This document shows, piece by piece, positions 17,843-27,800 of a stretch of DNA of 32,717 nucleotides (the first letter of the stretch is position 1; each line of letters begins with the position of its first letter). The stretch is taken from positions 1-32,717 of the forward strand of contig JAHFGE010000005.1 in the NCBI GenBank assembly GCA_023247575.1. Reading direction: 5' to 3'. Below the pieces are notes generated by a model. That model had not been told where the DNA came from. It saw nothing but the letters and a program-made list of their open reading frames with translations, and did not search any database. A program made the position numbers and the translations under genes. The DNA is from Candidatus Omnitrophota bacterium. Its GTDB lineage: Bacteria; Omnitrophota; Gorgyraeia; Zapsychrales; Fredricksoniimonadaceae.

Positions 17843-19039
17843 ATGGCAAAAGGAAAATTCGAACGTAAAAAACCACACTTGAATATCGGTACAATTGGCC
17901 ACGTAGATCATGGTAAGACGACTCTGTCGGCGGCTATTACGACAGTTTTAAGTAAAAAAGGTTTGGCTGAAGCGCGTCCCTATGATTCCATTGACAATGC
18001 GCCAGAAGAAAAGGAACGGGGTGTTACTATTAACATTTCCCACTTGGAATATGAGACAGAAGCTCGTCACTACGCTCACATCGATTGTCCGGGACACGCC
18101 GACTATATTAAAAACATGATCACCGGTGCCGCTCAAATGGATGGAGCCATTCTAGTCGTTTCCGCTGCCGATGGCCCTATGCCTCAAACTCGTGAGCACA
18201 TCCTTTTAGCCCGTCAAGTTAACGTTCCTCGCATTGTTGTGTTCATGAATAAATGTGATCAGGTTTCTGATAAAGAACTGTTGGATTTAGTCGAATTGGA
18301 AGTTCGTGATTTGTTAACGAAGTACAAATTCGATGGCGATAAAACTCCTATCATTCGTGGTTCAGCTCTGGATGCTTTAAATAATTCTAGTGATTTTGGA
18401 GGTAAAGCCAAACCGATTCTTGATCTCATGAAAGCCGTTGATGAGTATGTCCCTACACCAGTACGTGAATTGGATAAACCTTTCCTATTGGCTGTTGAAG
18501 ACGTCTTTACTATCTCCGGTCGTGGAACAGTGGCTACCGGTCGTGTAGAACGTGGCCGTGTCAAAGTGGGCGAAGAGATCCAGCTTGTCGGTTTGCGTCC
18601 AGAATCGAAAAATGTGGTTGTGACCGGTGTAGAGATGTTTCGAAAGGAATTGGATGAAGGTCAAGCTGGTGACAACGTTGGTTTGCTTTTACGCGGTGTT
18701 AATAAGGAAGATGTGGAACGTGGTATGGTCTTAGCGGCGAAGGGTTCCATCACACCGCACACCAAATTCAAGGCTTCTGTCTATATTTTGACTAAAGAAG
18801 AAGGTGGCCGTCATACACCATTCTTTAAAGGTTATCGTCCTCAGTTTTATTTTAGAACGACCGACGTGACCGGTACCGCTCAATTGCCTGCTGGTGTCGA
18901 AATGTGCATGCCTGGCGATAATGTGCAATTGGAAGTGGAATTGATTTCACCAGTGGCCATGGAAAAAGAATTACGTTTCGCTATTCGTGAAGGCGGCCAT
19001 ACGGTCGGAGCAGGGGTCATTTCCGAAGTGTTAAAATAA
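17843..19039 (+). CDS. tuf: Elongation factor Tu
   Basis: [29 protein letters not shown]; GGAGG SD. Confidence 0.99.
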   Translation: MAKGKFERKKPHLNIGTIGHVDHGKTTLSAAITTVLSKKGLAEARPYDSIDNAPEEKERGVTINISHLEYETEARHYAHIDCPGHADYIKNMITGAAQMDGAILVVSAADGPMPQTREHILLARQVNVPRIVVFMNKCDQVSDKELLDLVELEVRDLLTKYKFDGDKTPIIRGSALDALNNSSDFGGKAKPILDLMKAVDEYVPTPVRELDKPFLLAVEDVFTISGRGTVATGRVERGRVKVGEEIQLVGLRPESKNVVVTGVEMFRKELDEGQAGDNVGLLLRGVNKEDVERGMVLAAKGSITPHTKFKASVYILTKEEGGRHTPFFKGYRPQFYFRTTDVTGTAQLPAGVEMCMPGDNVQLEVELISPVAMEKELRFAIREGGHTVGAGVISEVLK

Positions 19040-19040
19040 T

Positions 19041-19084
19041 GTAGGGGCGGGTTAGACGGTCTAGCACGGGCAAACCCGCCCGTC
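19041..19084. repeat. GTAG-type REP-like hairpin between tuf and rpsJ
   Basis: gtag-gggcgggtt (19041-19053) ... aacccgccc (19073-19081), 9-bp stem. Confidence 0.6.
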
Positions 19085-19099
19085 CATTTTAAGAATATT

Positions 19100-19402
19100 A
19101 TGCAAAAAATTCGTATCAAACTAAAAGCATTTGACCATCGGTTGATTGACCAATCAACCCAGGAGATTGTGGATACAGCCATTCGTACTGGCGCTCAAGT
19201 GTTGGGGCCGGTACCTTTGCCGACCAAAAAGGAACTGTACACCGTGCTGCGTTCACCGGTGATCGACAAAAAAAGCCGTGAACAGTTCCAATTGGCCACG
19301 CATAAACGCTTGATTGATTTAGTTAATCCAACATCCAAAACGGTGGATGCTTTGCGTAAGCTCAATTTGCCAGCCGGCGTAGATGTAGAAATTAAACAGT
19401 AG
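19100..19402 (+). CDS. rpsJ: 30S ribosomal protein S10
   Basis: [37 protein letters not shown]. Confidence 0.98.
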   Translation: MQKIRIKLKAFDHRLIDQSTQEIVDTAIRTGAQVLGPVPLPTKKELYTVLRSPVIDKKSREQFQLATHKRLIDLVNPTSKTVDALRKLNLPAGVDVEIKQ

Positions 19403-19446
19403 GGACAAGGCAAAAGGGTCTTGTTTGTATTAATAAGGAGTTTATC

Positions 19447-20154
19447 GTGATTAGAGGTCTAATGGGCAAAAAAGTGGGCATGACTCAGATTTTCGACAAT
19501 GAGGGGAATATTATTCCTGTGACTATTGTGGAAGCTGGTCCTTGCACGGTACTCGGATTAAAAGAAAATCCAACCAAAGTGGTTTTGGGTTACGAGCCGG
19601 TTAAAGAAAACCGTTTAAACAAACCCACGGGTGGTTTTTTTAAGAAAATCGGTGTGAGTCCCTTAAAACGGATTCGGGAATTTGCCAGTAGCGACAATAA
19701 AGAATATAAAATTGGCCAGGAAATCAGAGCCGATTTCTTTAAGCCGGGAGATTTCGTCGATGTAATGGGGACATCCATCGGTAAGGGATTTCAGGGTGGG
19801 ATGGTGCGTTGGCATTGGAGTGGTGGTCCTGCAGCTCATGGTTCTATGCATCATCGTCGTATTGGATCCAATAGCTCTTCGTCAGATCCGTCGCGGACTT
19901 TTAAGGGGCACCACATGCCAGGCCACATGGGTATGGATACGGTTACTATTCAAGGCCTGCGTGTCATGCGTGTAGAACCAGAATATAATTTGATTCTGGT
20001 TAAAGGATCTGTACCAGGATCAAAAGATGGATTTTTAGTGATTAATAAATCTAGAAAAAAACTTTCTCGTTCACTAGAAGAGAAAAAGGAAATCGTGGCC
20101 ATTAAGCGTAATCCTATGAAGCAGAGCAAGGTTAAGGCCACTGGTAAAAAATAA
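19447..20154 (+). CDS. rplC: 50S ribosomal protein L3
   Basis: GKKVGMTQIF, GKGFQG, MPGHMG, VKGSVPG; GTG start after AAGGAG. Confidence 0.97.
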   Translation: MIRGLMGKKVGMTQIFDNEGNIIPVTIVEAGPCTVLGLKENPTKVVLGYEPVKENRLNKPTGGFFKKIGVSPLKRIREFASSDNKEYKIGQEIRADFFKPGDFVDVMGTSIGKGFQGGMVRWHWSGGPAAHGSMHHRRIGSNSSSSDPSRTFKGHHMPGHMGMDTVTIQGLRVMRVEPEYNLILVKGSVPGSKDGFLVINKSRKKLSRSLEEKKEIVAIKRNPMKQSKVKATGKK

Positions 20155-20163
20155 GGATTTTGT

Positions 20164-20787
20164 ATGCCGGAATTAAGCATTCTCGATAGCCAAGGTAAAA
20201 AAACGAGTAGCGTGGATCTTCCCAAAAAGCCATTTGGAGTACGTGCACATGATGCAGTGGTTCATCAAGCCGTTGTTATGTATCAGAGTAACGCTCGTCA
20301 AGGGACTGTTTGTACTAAAGATCGTTCATTAGTTTCCGGTGGCGGTAAAAAACCATGGCGGCAAAAGGGAACGGGCCGTGCTCGGGCGGGTTCGATCCGT
20401 TCTCCGTTATGGAAAAAAGGGGGTATTATCTTTGGACCAAAGCCCCGTGATTTTTCCATGCGAGTACCCCATAAAGTACGTATCGCTGCCTTACGGGAAT
20501 CTTTGAATGCCAAATTTTTAAGCAATGAGCTTATTTGTGTGGATCCAATGGATATTATTTCGGGGAAAACCAAAGATTTTGCTCAAGTATTAGAAAATTT
20601 AAAAATGAGAGGTCGTATTTTGGCGTTACTGGATGGATCTGATGCCAAAACATTTTTGGCTTCCCGTAATATTGCTGGTCTGACATTAAACCGTGCTAGC
20701 GATGTCAACGCGCTTGACATTTTAAGCAATAAAAATTTGTTGGTGACTAAAACAGCCTTAAACACATTACTGAAAAGAATTCAATGA
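20164..20787 (+). CDS. rplD: 50S ribosomal protein L4
   Basis: GGGKKPWRQKGTGRARAGSIRSP. Confidence 0.98.
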   Translation: MPELSILDSQGKKTSSVDLPKKPFGVRAHDAVVHQAVVMYQSNARQGTVCTKDRSLVSGGGKKPWRQKGTGRARAGSIRSPLWKKGGIIFGPKPRDFSMRVPHKVRIAALRESLNAKFLSNELICVDPMDIISGKTKDFAQVLENLKMRGRILALLDGSDAKTFLASRNIAGLTLNRASDVNALDILSNKNLLVTKTALNTLLKRIQ

Positions 20788-20797
20788 CAGAGGTAAC

Positions 20798-21076
20798 ATG
20801 CGTACATCTTATGATGTGATTAAAAGTTTGATTCGTACCGAAAAGAGTACTTCTCAGGAAAAACAGCGCCAATATTCCTTTAGGGTGGCTCCAGTAGCGA
20901 CAAAGATTGATATTAAGCGTGCGATTGAGGACATTTATAAAGTCAAGGTTCAGGATGTCAATACTATCCATGTTCTTGGGAAATTAAAGCGCGTGCGCTT
21001 TAAGGCTGGTTATAGTTCTTCTTGGAAAAAAGCCGTTGTCTCTTTGCAAGAGGGACAGAAAATTGAGGTAGCCTAA
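20798..21076 (+). CDS. rplW: 50S ribosomal protein L23
   Basis: [23 protein letters not shown]. Confidence 0.96.
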   Translation: MRTSYDVIKSLIRTEKSTSQEKQRQYSFRVAPVATKIDIKRAIEDIYKVKVQDVNTIHVLGKLKRVRFKAGYSSSWKKAVVSLQEGQKIEVA

Positions 21077-21078
21077 GT

Positions 21079-21918
21079 ATGGGTATTCGTCGTTTTAAAC
21101 CTACAACAAGCGGTCTTCGTCATACGGCTCTGGCGGATTTTGTGGAAATTACCAAAAGTAGACCGGAAAAATCTTTACTTCGCCCGTTGAAAAGCTCTGG
21201 TGGACGTAATTCTTATGGTCGTATTACCTCTCGTCACCGCGGTGGCGGCCATAAGCGTATGTATCGTCTAATTGATTTTAAACGTAATCGTATAGATGAT
21301 CCGGCAACAGTTTTGGCGATTGAATACGATCCCAATCGCACGGCTCGTATTGCCCTTCTCCAGTACCAAAGCGATAAATCTAAATCTTACATTTTAGCTC
21401 CGCTAGATTTGAAAGTAGGAGATAAAGTTATCAGTACTAATAATGCGGATGTAGAAATTAAACCAGGTAACTGCCTGCCATTATCCAAAATTCCTTTAGG
21501 AACAGGCATTCATAACATTGAACTTAAAAGCGGCAAAGGCGGTCAAATTGTCCGTTCAGCCGGTGCTACGGCTCAGATGATTGCACGTGAAGGAGCTTTT
21601 GCCCATGTGCGTCTTCCATCCAGCGAAGTGCGTAAAATTCCGATTGAATGTCGGGCTACCATTGGCCAGTTAAGCAATGTAGAAAATGAAACCATTTCTA
21701 TTGGAAAAGCTGGTCGCAGCCGTTGGTTAGGCCGTCGTGGTCAATCTCGTGGGGTTGTTATGAATCCTGTGGATCATCCTCATGGCGGAGGTGAAGGCAA
21801 GGCTCCTCAGGGGAACCCTCATCCGGTGACACCATGGGGTAAACCGACCAAGGGTTACAAAACCCGTCGTCCCCATAAATATTCGGACTATTTAATTGTG
21901 AGAAGAAGGGCTAAATAA
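21079..21918 (+). CDS. rplB: 50S ribosomal protein L2
   Basis: [30 protein letters not shown]. Confidence 0.98.
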   Translation: MGIRRFKPTTSGLRHTALADFVEITKSRPEKSLLRPLKSSGGRNSYGRITSRHRGGGHKRMYRLIDFKRNRIDDPATVLAIEYDPNRTARIALLQYQSDKSKSYILAPLDLKVGDKVISTNNADVEIKPGNCLPLSKIPLGTGIHNIELKSGKGGQIVRSAGATAQMIAREGAFAHVRLPSSEVRKIPIECRATIGQLSNVENETISIGKAGRSRWLGRRGQSRGVVMNPVDHPHGGGEGKAPQGNPHPVTPWGKPTKGYKTRRPHKYSDYLIVRRRAK

Positions 21919-21921
21919 AAC

Positions 21922-22209
21922 ATGTCTCGTTCGATTAAAAAAGGTGCATACGTAGAGGAATCTTTAAGACATCGATTTGATAGGATTGTTTCCAGTGGAC
22001 AGCGTCAGCCAATTAAGACATGGTCCCGGCGTTCCACGATCATTCCTGATTTTGTAGGGTATACTTTTGCCATCCATGATGGCCGTAAACATGTTCCCAT
22101 CTTTGTGACGGAAAACATGGTCGGTATGAAATTGGGAGATTTTGTGACCACCCGTACATTCAAGGCGCATGGTGGTGTTAAGGCCAAGAAGGCCATGCAG
22201 AAAAAATAG
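21922..22209 (+). CDS. rpsS: 30S ribosomal protein S19
   Basis: [26 protein letters not shown]. Confidence 0.97.
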   Translation: MSRSIKKGAYVEESLRHRFDRIVSSGQRQPIKTWSRRSTIIPDFVGYTFAIHDGRKHVPIFVTENMVGMKLGDFVTTRTFKAHGGVKAKKAMQKK

Positions 22210-22264
22210 CCGTGAGGGCATTAGCTACCTGTTGGCAGGTTAGGCCTATACAGAAGGATTTGAA

Positions 22265-22600
22265 ATGATTGCATCGGCTCAAGGAAGATTTTTAAGAGTA
22301 TCATCGATGAAAGTTCGTCAGGTTATTGATGTGATTCGTGGTAAAGATGTCCTGACTTCTCAAGTTCTTTTGGCTCAAATTAATAAAGGCTCTAGTGCTT
22401 TTGTTAAAAAAGTTTTGGATTCAGCCGTTAGCAATGCGAAGCAAAAGGGTATTATGGAAGAGCAATTGTTTATTTCGCGTATCAGCGCAAATCATGGCGG
22501 TGCCTGGAAACGTTATCGGGCGGCTTCTTTTGGACGAGCCACTCCGATTTTACGCCGTACTACTCATTTAAACGTGGAATTGGATCTTAAAACCAAGTAG
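22265..22600 (+). CDS. rplV: 50S ribosomal protein L22
   Basis: KVRQVIDVIRG, SAVSNA, GRA...RTTH; synteny. Confidence 0.95.
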   Translation: MIASAQGRFLRVSSMKVRQVIDVIRGKDVLTSQVLLAQINKGSSAFVKKVLDSAVSNAKQKGIMEEQLFISRISANHGGAWKRYRAASFGRATPILRRTTHLNVELDLKTK

Positions 22601-22611
22601 GAGAAAAAAAC

Positions 22612-23367
22612 GTGGGACAAAAAGTTCATCCCTTAGTATTAAGGATTGGTTATACGAAAAATTGGCGTAGCCTTTGGTATGCCGAGCGCCGTGAATTCGC
22701 TAAGAATGTTCAGGAAGATTTTAAGGTTCGCAAATATATCAATAAGCAATTTAAACAGGCTGCTGTTTCCTTGATTGTTATTGAACGTTTGGCCGAACAG
22801 ATCAAAATTCGTATCCATTCCGCCCGTCCTGGAGTGATTATCGGTCGCCGTGGTGCTGATATTGATCGTTTACGTGCAGATTTAGGCACGATTACAAAAA
22901 AAGAGATTCAGGTTGATATTCAGGAAATTAAAAATCCATCCATCGAGGCTCAGTTGATAGCTCAAAGCGTTGCGTTTCAATTGGAAAAACGCGTGGCTTT
23001 TCGACGGGCCATGAAACGCGCCATGGAACAAGCGCGGGCTGCTGGTGCTAAGGGTATTAAAATTCGCTGTTCAGGACGTTTAGGCGGAACGGAAATGGCA
23101 CGCAGCGAAAAATATTATGAAGGAAAGGTCCCTTTGCAAACCTTACGTGCCGATATCGACTATGGATTTGCGGAAGCCTTGACAACTTATGGGCTTTTGG
23201 GCATAAAGGTTTGGGTTTACAAAGGGGATGTTATCAAAGATCAGGAAGAGATTGAAGCCCTAGCTGTTCAGGCGCAACAAGGGCAACAGCCTGTCTTGGC
23301 CAATAAACCAGAACCTCAAACTCAAACAGCAATGCCAGCGTCCGAAGCACAAGAGCTAAAAACTTAG
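22612..23367 (+). CDS. rpsC: 30S ribosomal protein S3
   Basis: MGQKVHP, RPGVIIG, SGRLGG, PLQTLRADID; GTG start; Gln/Pro-rich C-terminal tail. Confidence 0.98.
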   Translation: MGQKVHPLVLRIGYTKNWRSLWYAERREFAKNVQEDFKVRKYINKQFKQAAVSLIVIERLAEQIKIRIHSARPGVIIGRRGADIDRLRADLGTITKKEIQVDIQEIKNPSIEAQLIAQSVAFQLEKRVAFRRAMKRAMEQARAAGAKGIKIRCSGRLGGTEMARSEKYYEGKVPLQTLRADIDYGFAEALTTYGLLGIKVWVYKGDVIKDQEEIEALAVQAQQGQQPVLANKPEPQTQTAMPASEAQELKT

Positions 23368-23386
23368 ACCCGGGGAGATTGATTGT

Positions 23387-23800
23387 ATGTTGTTAATGCC
23401 CAAAAGAGTTAAGTATCGTAAAACCCAGAAAGGGAAGTCCCGCGGTCTTGCTATGACCGGCAACCAAATGAAATTTGGAGAATACGGGTTAAAAGCTTTA
23501 GAGAATGGTTTTATCCCAGCTCGCCAATTGGAGGCTTCCCGTGTCGTGGTAGCCCGTAAATTGCGCGGTTCCGGTAAACTTTGGATTAATGCATTTCCCT
23601 ATAAATCCATCACCAAAAAACCAGCGGAAACTCGTATGGGAAAAGGTAAAGGTGATTTGGATCATTGGGTAGCGGTCGTTAAACGAGGCAAGGTTGTTTT
23701 TGAGTTGGGTGGTGTTCCGGAAGATTTTGCCAGACAAATCTTACGCCTGGTGGCATTTAAATTGTCGGTAAGAACTAAATTTATCACCCGTCAGGAGTAG
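23387..23800 (+). CDS. rplP: 50S ribosomal protein L16
   Basis: MPKRVKYRK, TKKPAETRMGKGKG. Confidence 0.98.
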   Translation: MLLMPKRVKYRKTQKGKSRGLAMTGNQMKFGEYGLKALENGFIPARQLEASRVVVARKLRGSGKLWINAFPYKSITKKPAETRMGKGKGDLDHWVAVVKRGKVVFELGGVPEDFARQILRLVAFKLSVRTKFITRQE

Positions 23801-23818
23801 TGTTTAAGGAATCGAGTC

Positions 23819-24022
23819 ATGAAAGTTGAGGATTTAAGAGAATTTACTGATGATGAATTGGCCAATAAAGAAAAACAGTTGAAAAAAGAACTGTTTGAAC
23901 TTAATAGCCAACGTCAACTTGGCCGGGTGGAAAAACCGGCCAGTTTTTGCAATATCAAAAGAGATATAGCCCGTATTTTAACTGTTTTAAGTGAAAGAAA
24001 AATACATGGGAACAAGAGTTAA
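23819..24022 (+). CDS. rpmC: 50S ribosomal protein L29
   Basis: KKELFEL, KRDIARILTV. Confidence 0.95.
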   Translation: MKVEDLREFTDDELANKEKQLKKELFELNSQRQLGRVEKPASFCNIKRDIARILTVLSERKIHGNKS

Positions 24023-24275
24023 TCGTCGTCGTTTTTTGACCGCCACGGTTGTTAGCGATAAGATGGATAAAACACGTGTCGTTCAAATCCAGAAGACAAA
24101 CAAACATCCTAAATATGTAAAACCGGTGCGCCGTTTCGTCCGATACAAAGCCCATGATGAGAAGAATGCGGCTAAGATCGGCGATGTTGTTCGTATTATG
24201 GAAACCCGTCCTTTATCTAAAGATAAACGATGGATTATTCAGGAAATACTTGGTTCCACAGCTTTAAGGGCGTAA
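24006..24275 (+). CDS. rpsQ: 30S ribosomal protein S17
   Basis: VVSDKMDKT, HPKY, AHDE, ETRPLSKDKRW; ATG 24006 preferred to GTG 23991. Confidence 0.95.
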   Translation: MGTRVNRRRFLTATVVSDKMDKTRVVQIQKTNKHPKYVKPVRRFVRYKAHDEKNAAKIGDVVRIMETRPLSKDKRWIIQEILGSTALRA

Positions 24276-24283
24276 GGATTTGT

Positions 24284-24652
24284 ATGATTCAACTAAAAAC
24301 TGTTTTAGATGTGGCAGATAACACAGGGGCACGTAAAGCTTCTTTAATCGGTGTTTTAAAAAGTAAGGGTAAGCGTTGGGCCCAGATAGGCGATATCGTT
24401 AAGGTCAACATCAAGGAAAGTACACCTGATGCCGCCGTTAAAAAAGGTTCCATGGCCACAGGTATTATCGTGCGTACCAAAAAACCGATTCGTCGCCCGG
24501 ATGGTACGTATGTACGTTTTGATACAAATGCCGTTGTTATTATTGATGAGACGGGTAATCCTAGAGGAACTCGTGTTTTTGGCCCTATAGCCCGAGAACT
24601 TCGAAATATGGAATACATGAAAATAATTTCTTTAGCTCCTGAGGTGGTTTAA
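24284..24652 (+). CDS. rplN: 50S ribosomal protein L14
   Basis: MIQ...VADNTGA, GTRVFGP, KIISLAPEV; 122 aa from ATG 24284. Confidence 0.98.
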   Translation: MIQLKTVLDVADNTGARKASLIGVLKSKGKRWAQIGDIVKVNIKESTPDAAVKKGSMATGIIVRTKKPIRRPDGTYVRFDTNAVVIIDETGNPRGTRVFGPIARELRNMEYMKIISLAPEVV

Positions 24653-24653
24653 C

Positions 24654-24965
24654 ATGTTACGTATAAAAAAAGATGATCAAGTTATGGTTATGGTTGGTAG
24701 AGAAAAAGGAAAAACTGGTAAAGTCGTTCGGGTGTTTCCCGAAGAGAATACCGCCGTTATCGAGAACCTTAATATAGTCAAAAGAGCTGTTAAAAAAAGC
24801 GATACCTTTCCTCAAGGCGGTTTTGTAGAGAAAGAAAAGTCTATCGCCTTAGCTAATTTAATGCTATTGGATAAAAAAGATAATACGCCTACACGTTTTC
24901 AGACTAAAGTTTTAAAAGACGGGGCTAAAGTTCGCATCTCTAAGAAGAACGGTGAAACAATTTAG
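24654..24965 (+). CDS. rplX: 50S ribosomal protein L24
   Basis: IKKDDQV..GREKGKTGKV KOW motif. Confidence 0.96.
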   Translation: MLRIKKDDQVMVMVGREKGKTGKVVRVFPEENTAVIENLNIVKRAVKKSDTFPQGGFVEKEKSIALANLMLLDKKDNTPTRFQTKVLKDGAKVRISKKNGETI

Positions 24966-24973
24966 GGAATAAT

Positions 24974-25534
24974 ATGGCCGCTCGATTATTAGAAAAATAT
25001 CGTAAAGAAGTCATCCCTCAGATGCAGCAGAAATTCGGTATTAAGAATCCGATGGCTGTCCCACGTTTAGATAAAGTGGTCATCAATATGGGCGTTGGGG
25101 AAGCCATCAGCGATGTAAAAATTTTGGACCATGCCGCGCATGATTTAGCCATGATCACCGGTCAAAAACCAATTACCCGTCGGGCTAAAAAGGCAATTTC
25201 TAATTTTAAATTACGTGAGAATTCACCGATTGGTTGCAAAGCAACATTGCGTCGGGTCCGTATGTATGAGTTCATTGATCGCTTAGTCAATATATCTTTG
25301 CCTCGTATTCGTGACTTTAACGGGACTTCCCGTAAATCTTTCGATCGAGAAGGCAACTACTCTTTAGGCATCTCCGATCAGTCAATTTTTCCAGAAATCG
25401 ATGCTGGCTCCAGAGACCACCGTATGCAAGGGATGGACATCACCTTTGTTTTTAAGGATGGCAATAAAGAGCAGAACCTCGAGGTTTTACGGCTATTAGG
25501 TATGCCGTTTTCCAAAGAACCTACTAAATCTTAA
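24974..25534 (+). CDS. rplE: 50S ribosomal protein L5
   Basis: [31 protein letters not shown]. Confidence 0.98.
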   Translation: MAARLLEKYRKEVIPQMQQKFGIKNPMAVPRLDKVVINMGVGEAISDVKILDHAAHDLAMITGQKPITRRAKKAISNFKLRENSPIGCKATLRRVRMYEFIDRLVNISLPRIRDFNGTSRKSFDREGNYSLGISDQSIFPEIDAGSRDHRMQGMDITFVFKDGNKEQNLEVLRLLGMPFSKEPTKS

Positions 25535-25548
25535 AGAAGAAAGAATGT

Positions 25549-25734
25549 ATGGCCAAAAAAGCATTAGTTAACAAAGCACTAGCAGAACCAAAATTTTCAG
25601 TTCGTCAACATAATCGTTGCGGACTTTGCGGCCGTCCCCGCGGCTATCTACGCCGTTTTGGAATTTGCCGTATCTGTTTTAGAGAACTTGCCTGGAAAGG
25701 TGAAATCCCGGGAATTAAGAAAGCGAGCTGGTAA
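25549..25734 (+). CDS. rpsN: 30S ribosomal protein S14, type Z (Zn-binding)
   Basis: 61 aa, RCGLCGRPR...[19 protein letters not shown]. Confidence 0.97.
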   Translation: MAKKALVNKALAEPKFSVRQHNRCGLCGRPRGYLRRFGICRICFRELAWKGEIPGIKKASW

Positions 25735-25736
25735 AG

Positions 25737-26132
25737 ATGTCAGTCTCAGATCCCATTGCCGACACATTAACTGTTATTCGTAATGCTTTACATGCACGTA
25801 AGGAAACCGTGGAATTTTCGGCTTCCAAGTTACTCGAGCGCATTTTAGACATTTTTAAAAATGATGGGTATATTGAAGATTTCCGCCTTTTAAAAGATGA
25901 TAAACAGGGTCTACTTAAAGTTTATTTGAAATATGAAAATAATAAACCTGTGATTATGGGTTTAAGGCGCATTTCCCGTCCAGGATTAAGGGTTTACACT
26001 GATAAGATGAAAATTCCACGGGTTCTTAATGGCCTTGGCACAGCAATCCTATCTACCTCTAGAGGGGTTATTACTAACCGTGAGGCCAGAAAGTTAAAGG
26101 TTGGGGGAGAAGTGATTTGTACCATTTGGTAA
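25737..26132 (+). CDS. rpsH: 30S ribosomal protein S8
   Basis: DPIAD.LT.IRNA, SRPGLRVY, STSRG, GGEVIC. Confidence 0.98.
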   Translation: MSVSDPIADTLTVIRNALHARKETVEFSASKLLERILDIFKNDGYIEDFRLLKDDKQGLLKVYLKYENNKPVIMGLRRISRPGLRVYTDKMKIPRVLNGLGTAILSTSRGVITNREARKLKVGGEVICTIW

Positions 26133-26144
26133 GGAAAGAGCTCG

Positions 26145-26684
26145 ATGTCTAGAATTGCTAAAACTCCGGTGTTTGTACCAAAAAATGTAAAGATTGCTTT
26201 CGATGATACCAAAATCAATGTGGAAGGCCCCAAGGGGAAATTGTCTGTGAATTTGCCGGTGGGCATCAAGCTTGAGCAAAAAAATGATCAGCTTTTTGTC
26301 AATCGATTGGATGATACAAAACAATCGAAAGCGAATCATGGCACCACCAAAAGGTTGATAATCCATATGTGCGAGGGAGTTAGTAATGGACATCGCAGAA
26401 GTTTAGAAATTCAAGGTGTAGGTTTTCGTGCGTCTGTTCATGGGCAAAAATTGGTAATGAATCTAGGTTTTTCCCATACGGTGGAATATGAGTTCCCTAA
26501 GGACATTAAAGTGGTTGCTCCTAAACCGACGGAAATTTCAGTTGAGGGTGCTGATAAGATTTTGGTTGGTTTGGTCGCGGCTAAAATTCGTCAATTCAAA
26601 CCGCCAGAACCTTATAAAGGTAAAGGCATTCGTTACGTCGGTGAAATAGTAAAACGCAAGCAAGGTAAGCAAGTAACAAAATGA
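26145..26684 (+). CDS. rplF: 50S ribosomal protein L6
   Basis: MSRI, GPKGKL, GVGFRA, LGFSH, PPEPYKGKGIRY. Confidence 0.98.
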   Translation: MSRIAKTPVFVPKNVKIAFDDTKINVEGPKGKLSVNLPVGIKLEQKNDQLFVNRLDDTKQSKANHGTTKRLIIHMCEGVSNGHRRSLEIQGVGFRASVHGQKLVMNLGFSHTVEYEFPKDIKVVAPKPTEISVEGADKILVGLVAAKIRQFKPPEPYKGKGIRYVGEIVKRKQGKQVTK

Positions 26685-26686
26685 TT

Positions 26687-26713
26687 GTAGGGGCGATTAA
26701 TAATCGCCCCTAC
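26687..26713. repeat. GTAG-type REP-like palindrome between rplF and rplR
   Basis: gtaggggcgatta-a-taatcgcccctac, perfect 13-bp inverted repeat. Confidence 0.75.
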
Positions 26714-26730
26714 TTAGGGAATTAAGATAT

Positions 26731-27093
26731 ATGTTAGATATTAAAGAACAACAAAGAGTTTTTCGTCATAATCGTATACGTCAAAGAGTGGTTGGGACAT
26801 CCCAACGACCACGTTTATGTGTGCATAAAAGTCTCAATAATTTTCAGGCCCAAATTATTGATGATATCTCTGGCAAAGTCTTGTTAGGTAAATCCACCTT
26901 GGCTAAAAATATCCGCTCTAAAATTAAAACGGGCGGAAATGTCCGTGCGGCAGAAATTTTAGGTGAGGTTTTCGCGGTCGAAGCCATCCAGCAAGGTGTC
27001 AAGAAAGTATGTTTTGACCGAGGCGGTTACTTGTACCATGGACGCATTAAAGCTTTCGTAGAGGCTGCACGCAAAGCCGGATTAAAATTTTAG
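26731..27093 (+). CDS. rplR: 50S ribosomal protein L18
   Basis: RPRLCV, AQIIDD, FDRGGYLYHGRIKA. Confidence 0.97.
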   Translation: MLDIKEQQRVFRHNRIRQRVVGTSQRPRLCVHKSLNNFQAQIIDDISGKVLLGKSTLAKNIRSKIKTGGNVRAAEILGEVFAVEAIQQGVKKVCFDRGGYLYHGRIKAFVEAARKAGLKF

Positions 27094-27135
27094 ACAAACG
27101 AGTCGAAGGACAATTTAAGGAACAATGATTACATT

Positions 27136-27786
27136 ATGAAAGATCCAAAGAAAAGTGAAGAGATTGGTGAACAAATAGTTAAAAGCGTTGCTCAAGCCGA
27201 ACAAATTCTTGAGCAGGAAGAAGCATTAAAAACTGTTGCTCCAGAAGAGCCTCTTGCCGAAGAACAGTCAGCTGCTCCTGTTAAAGGCCGCCGTCGCCCA
27301 GCGAACAAGGAACGCAAAGGTTCATTTAAAAAATCTTCTTTGACTGACAGCGGTATGGTAGAAAAAGTTGTTTCCATTAACCGTGTGTCGAAGACGACTA
27401 AAGGCGGTACCCGTCTAGCGTTCTCAGCTTTAGTGGTGGTAGGAGATGCCAAAGGTAAAGTGGGTTATGCTTTAGGCAAAGCCTCGGAAGTGGCCACGGC
27501 CATCAAAAAAGGCCTTAGTGCCGCTCGCAAGAGTATGATCGTTGTCCATCGTCGGGGGACAACCATTACTCATGAAATTTTGGGCGAATGTGGATCCGCT
27601 AGCGTTCTTTTAAAACCTGCTTCGGAAGGTACCGGTGTTATCGCCTCTGGTGCTGTCAGGGCTGTTTGCGATGGAGCAGGTATTTCTAATATTTTGACAA
27701 AGTGCCATCGTTCTAATAATCCGATTAATGTAGTGAAGGCGACATTCGATGGTTTATCACGATTAAAGGCTCTTAGGGAAAATTAG
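27136..27786 (+). CDS. rpsE: 30S ribosomal protein S5 with long N-terminal extension
   Basis: INRVSKTTKGG, FSALVVVGD, PASEGTGVIA, NPINVVKAT. Confidence 0.96.
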   Translation: MKDPKKSEEIGEQIVKSVAQAEQILEQEEALKTVAPEEPLAEEQSAAPVKGRRRPANKERKGSFKKSSLTDSGMVEKVVSINRVSKTTKGGTRLAFSALVVVGDAKGKVGYALGKASEVATAIKKGLSAARKSMIVVHRRGTTITHEILGECGSASVLLKPASEGTGVIASGAVRAVCDGAGISNILTKCHRSNNPINVVKATFDGLSRLKALREN

Positions 27787-27800
27787 TTTAAGGACACCCT

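Noticed and set aside
22227-22240. Small hairpin acctg-ttgg-caggt between rpsS and rplV
   Set aside because: A 5-bp stem with a single occurrence in the window; within chance expectation.
27100-27110. gagtcgaagga, identical to 4555-4565, in the rplR-rpsE spacer
   Set aside because: Possible element remnant, but only 11 nt with no pairing stem; insufficient support.
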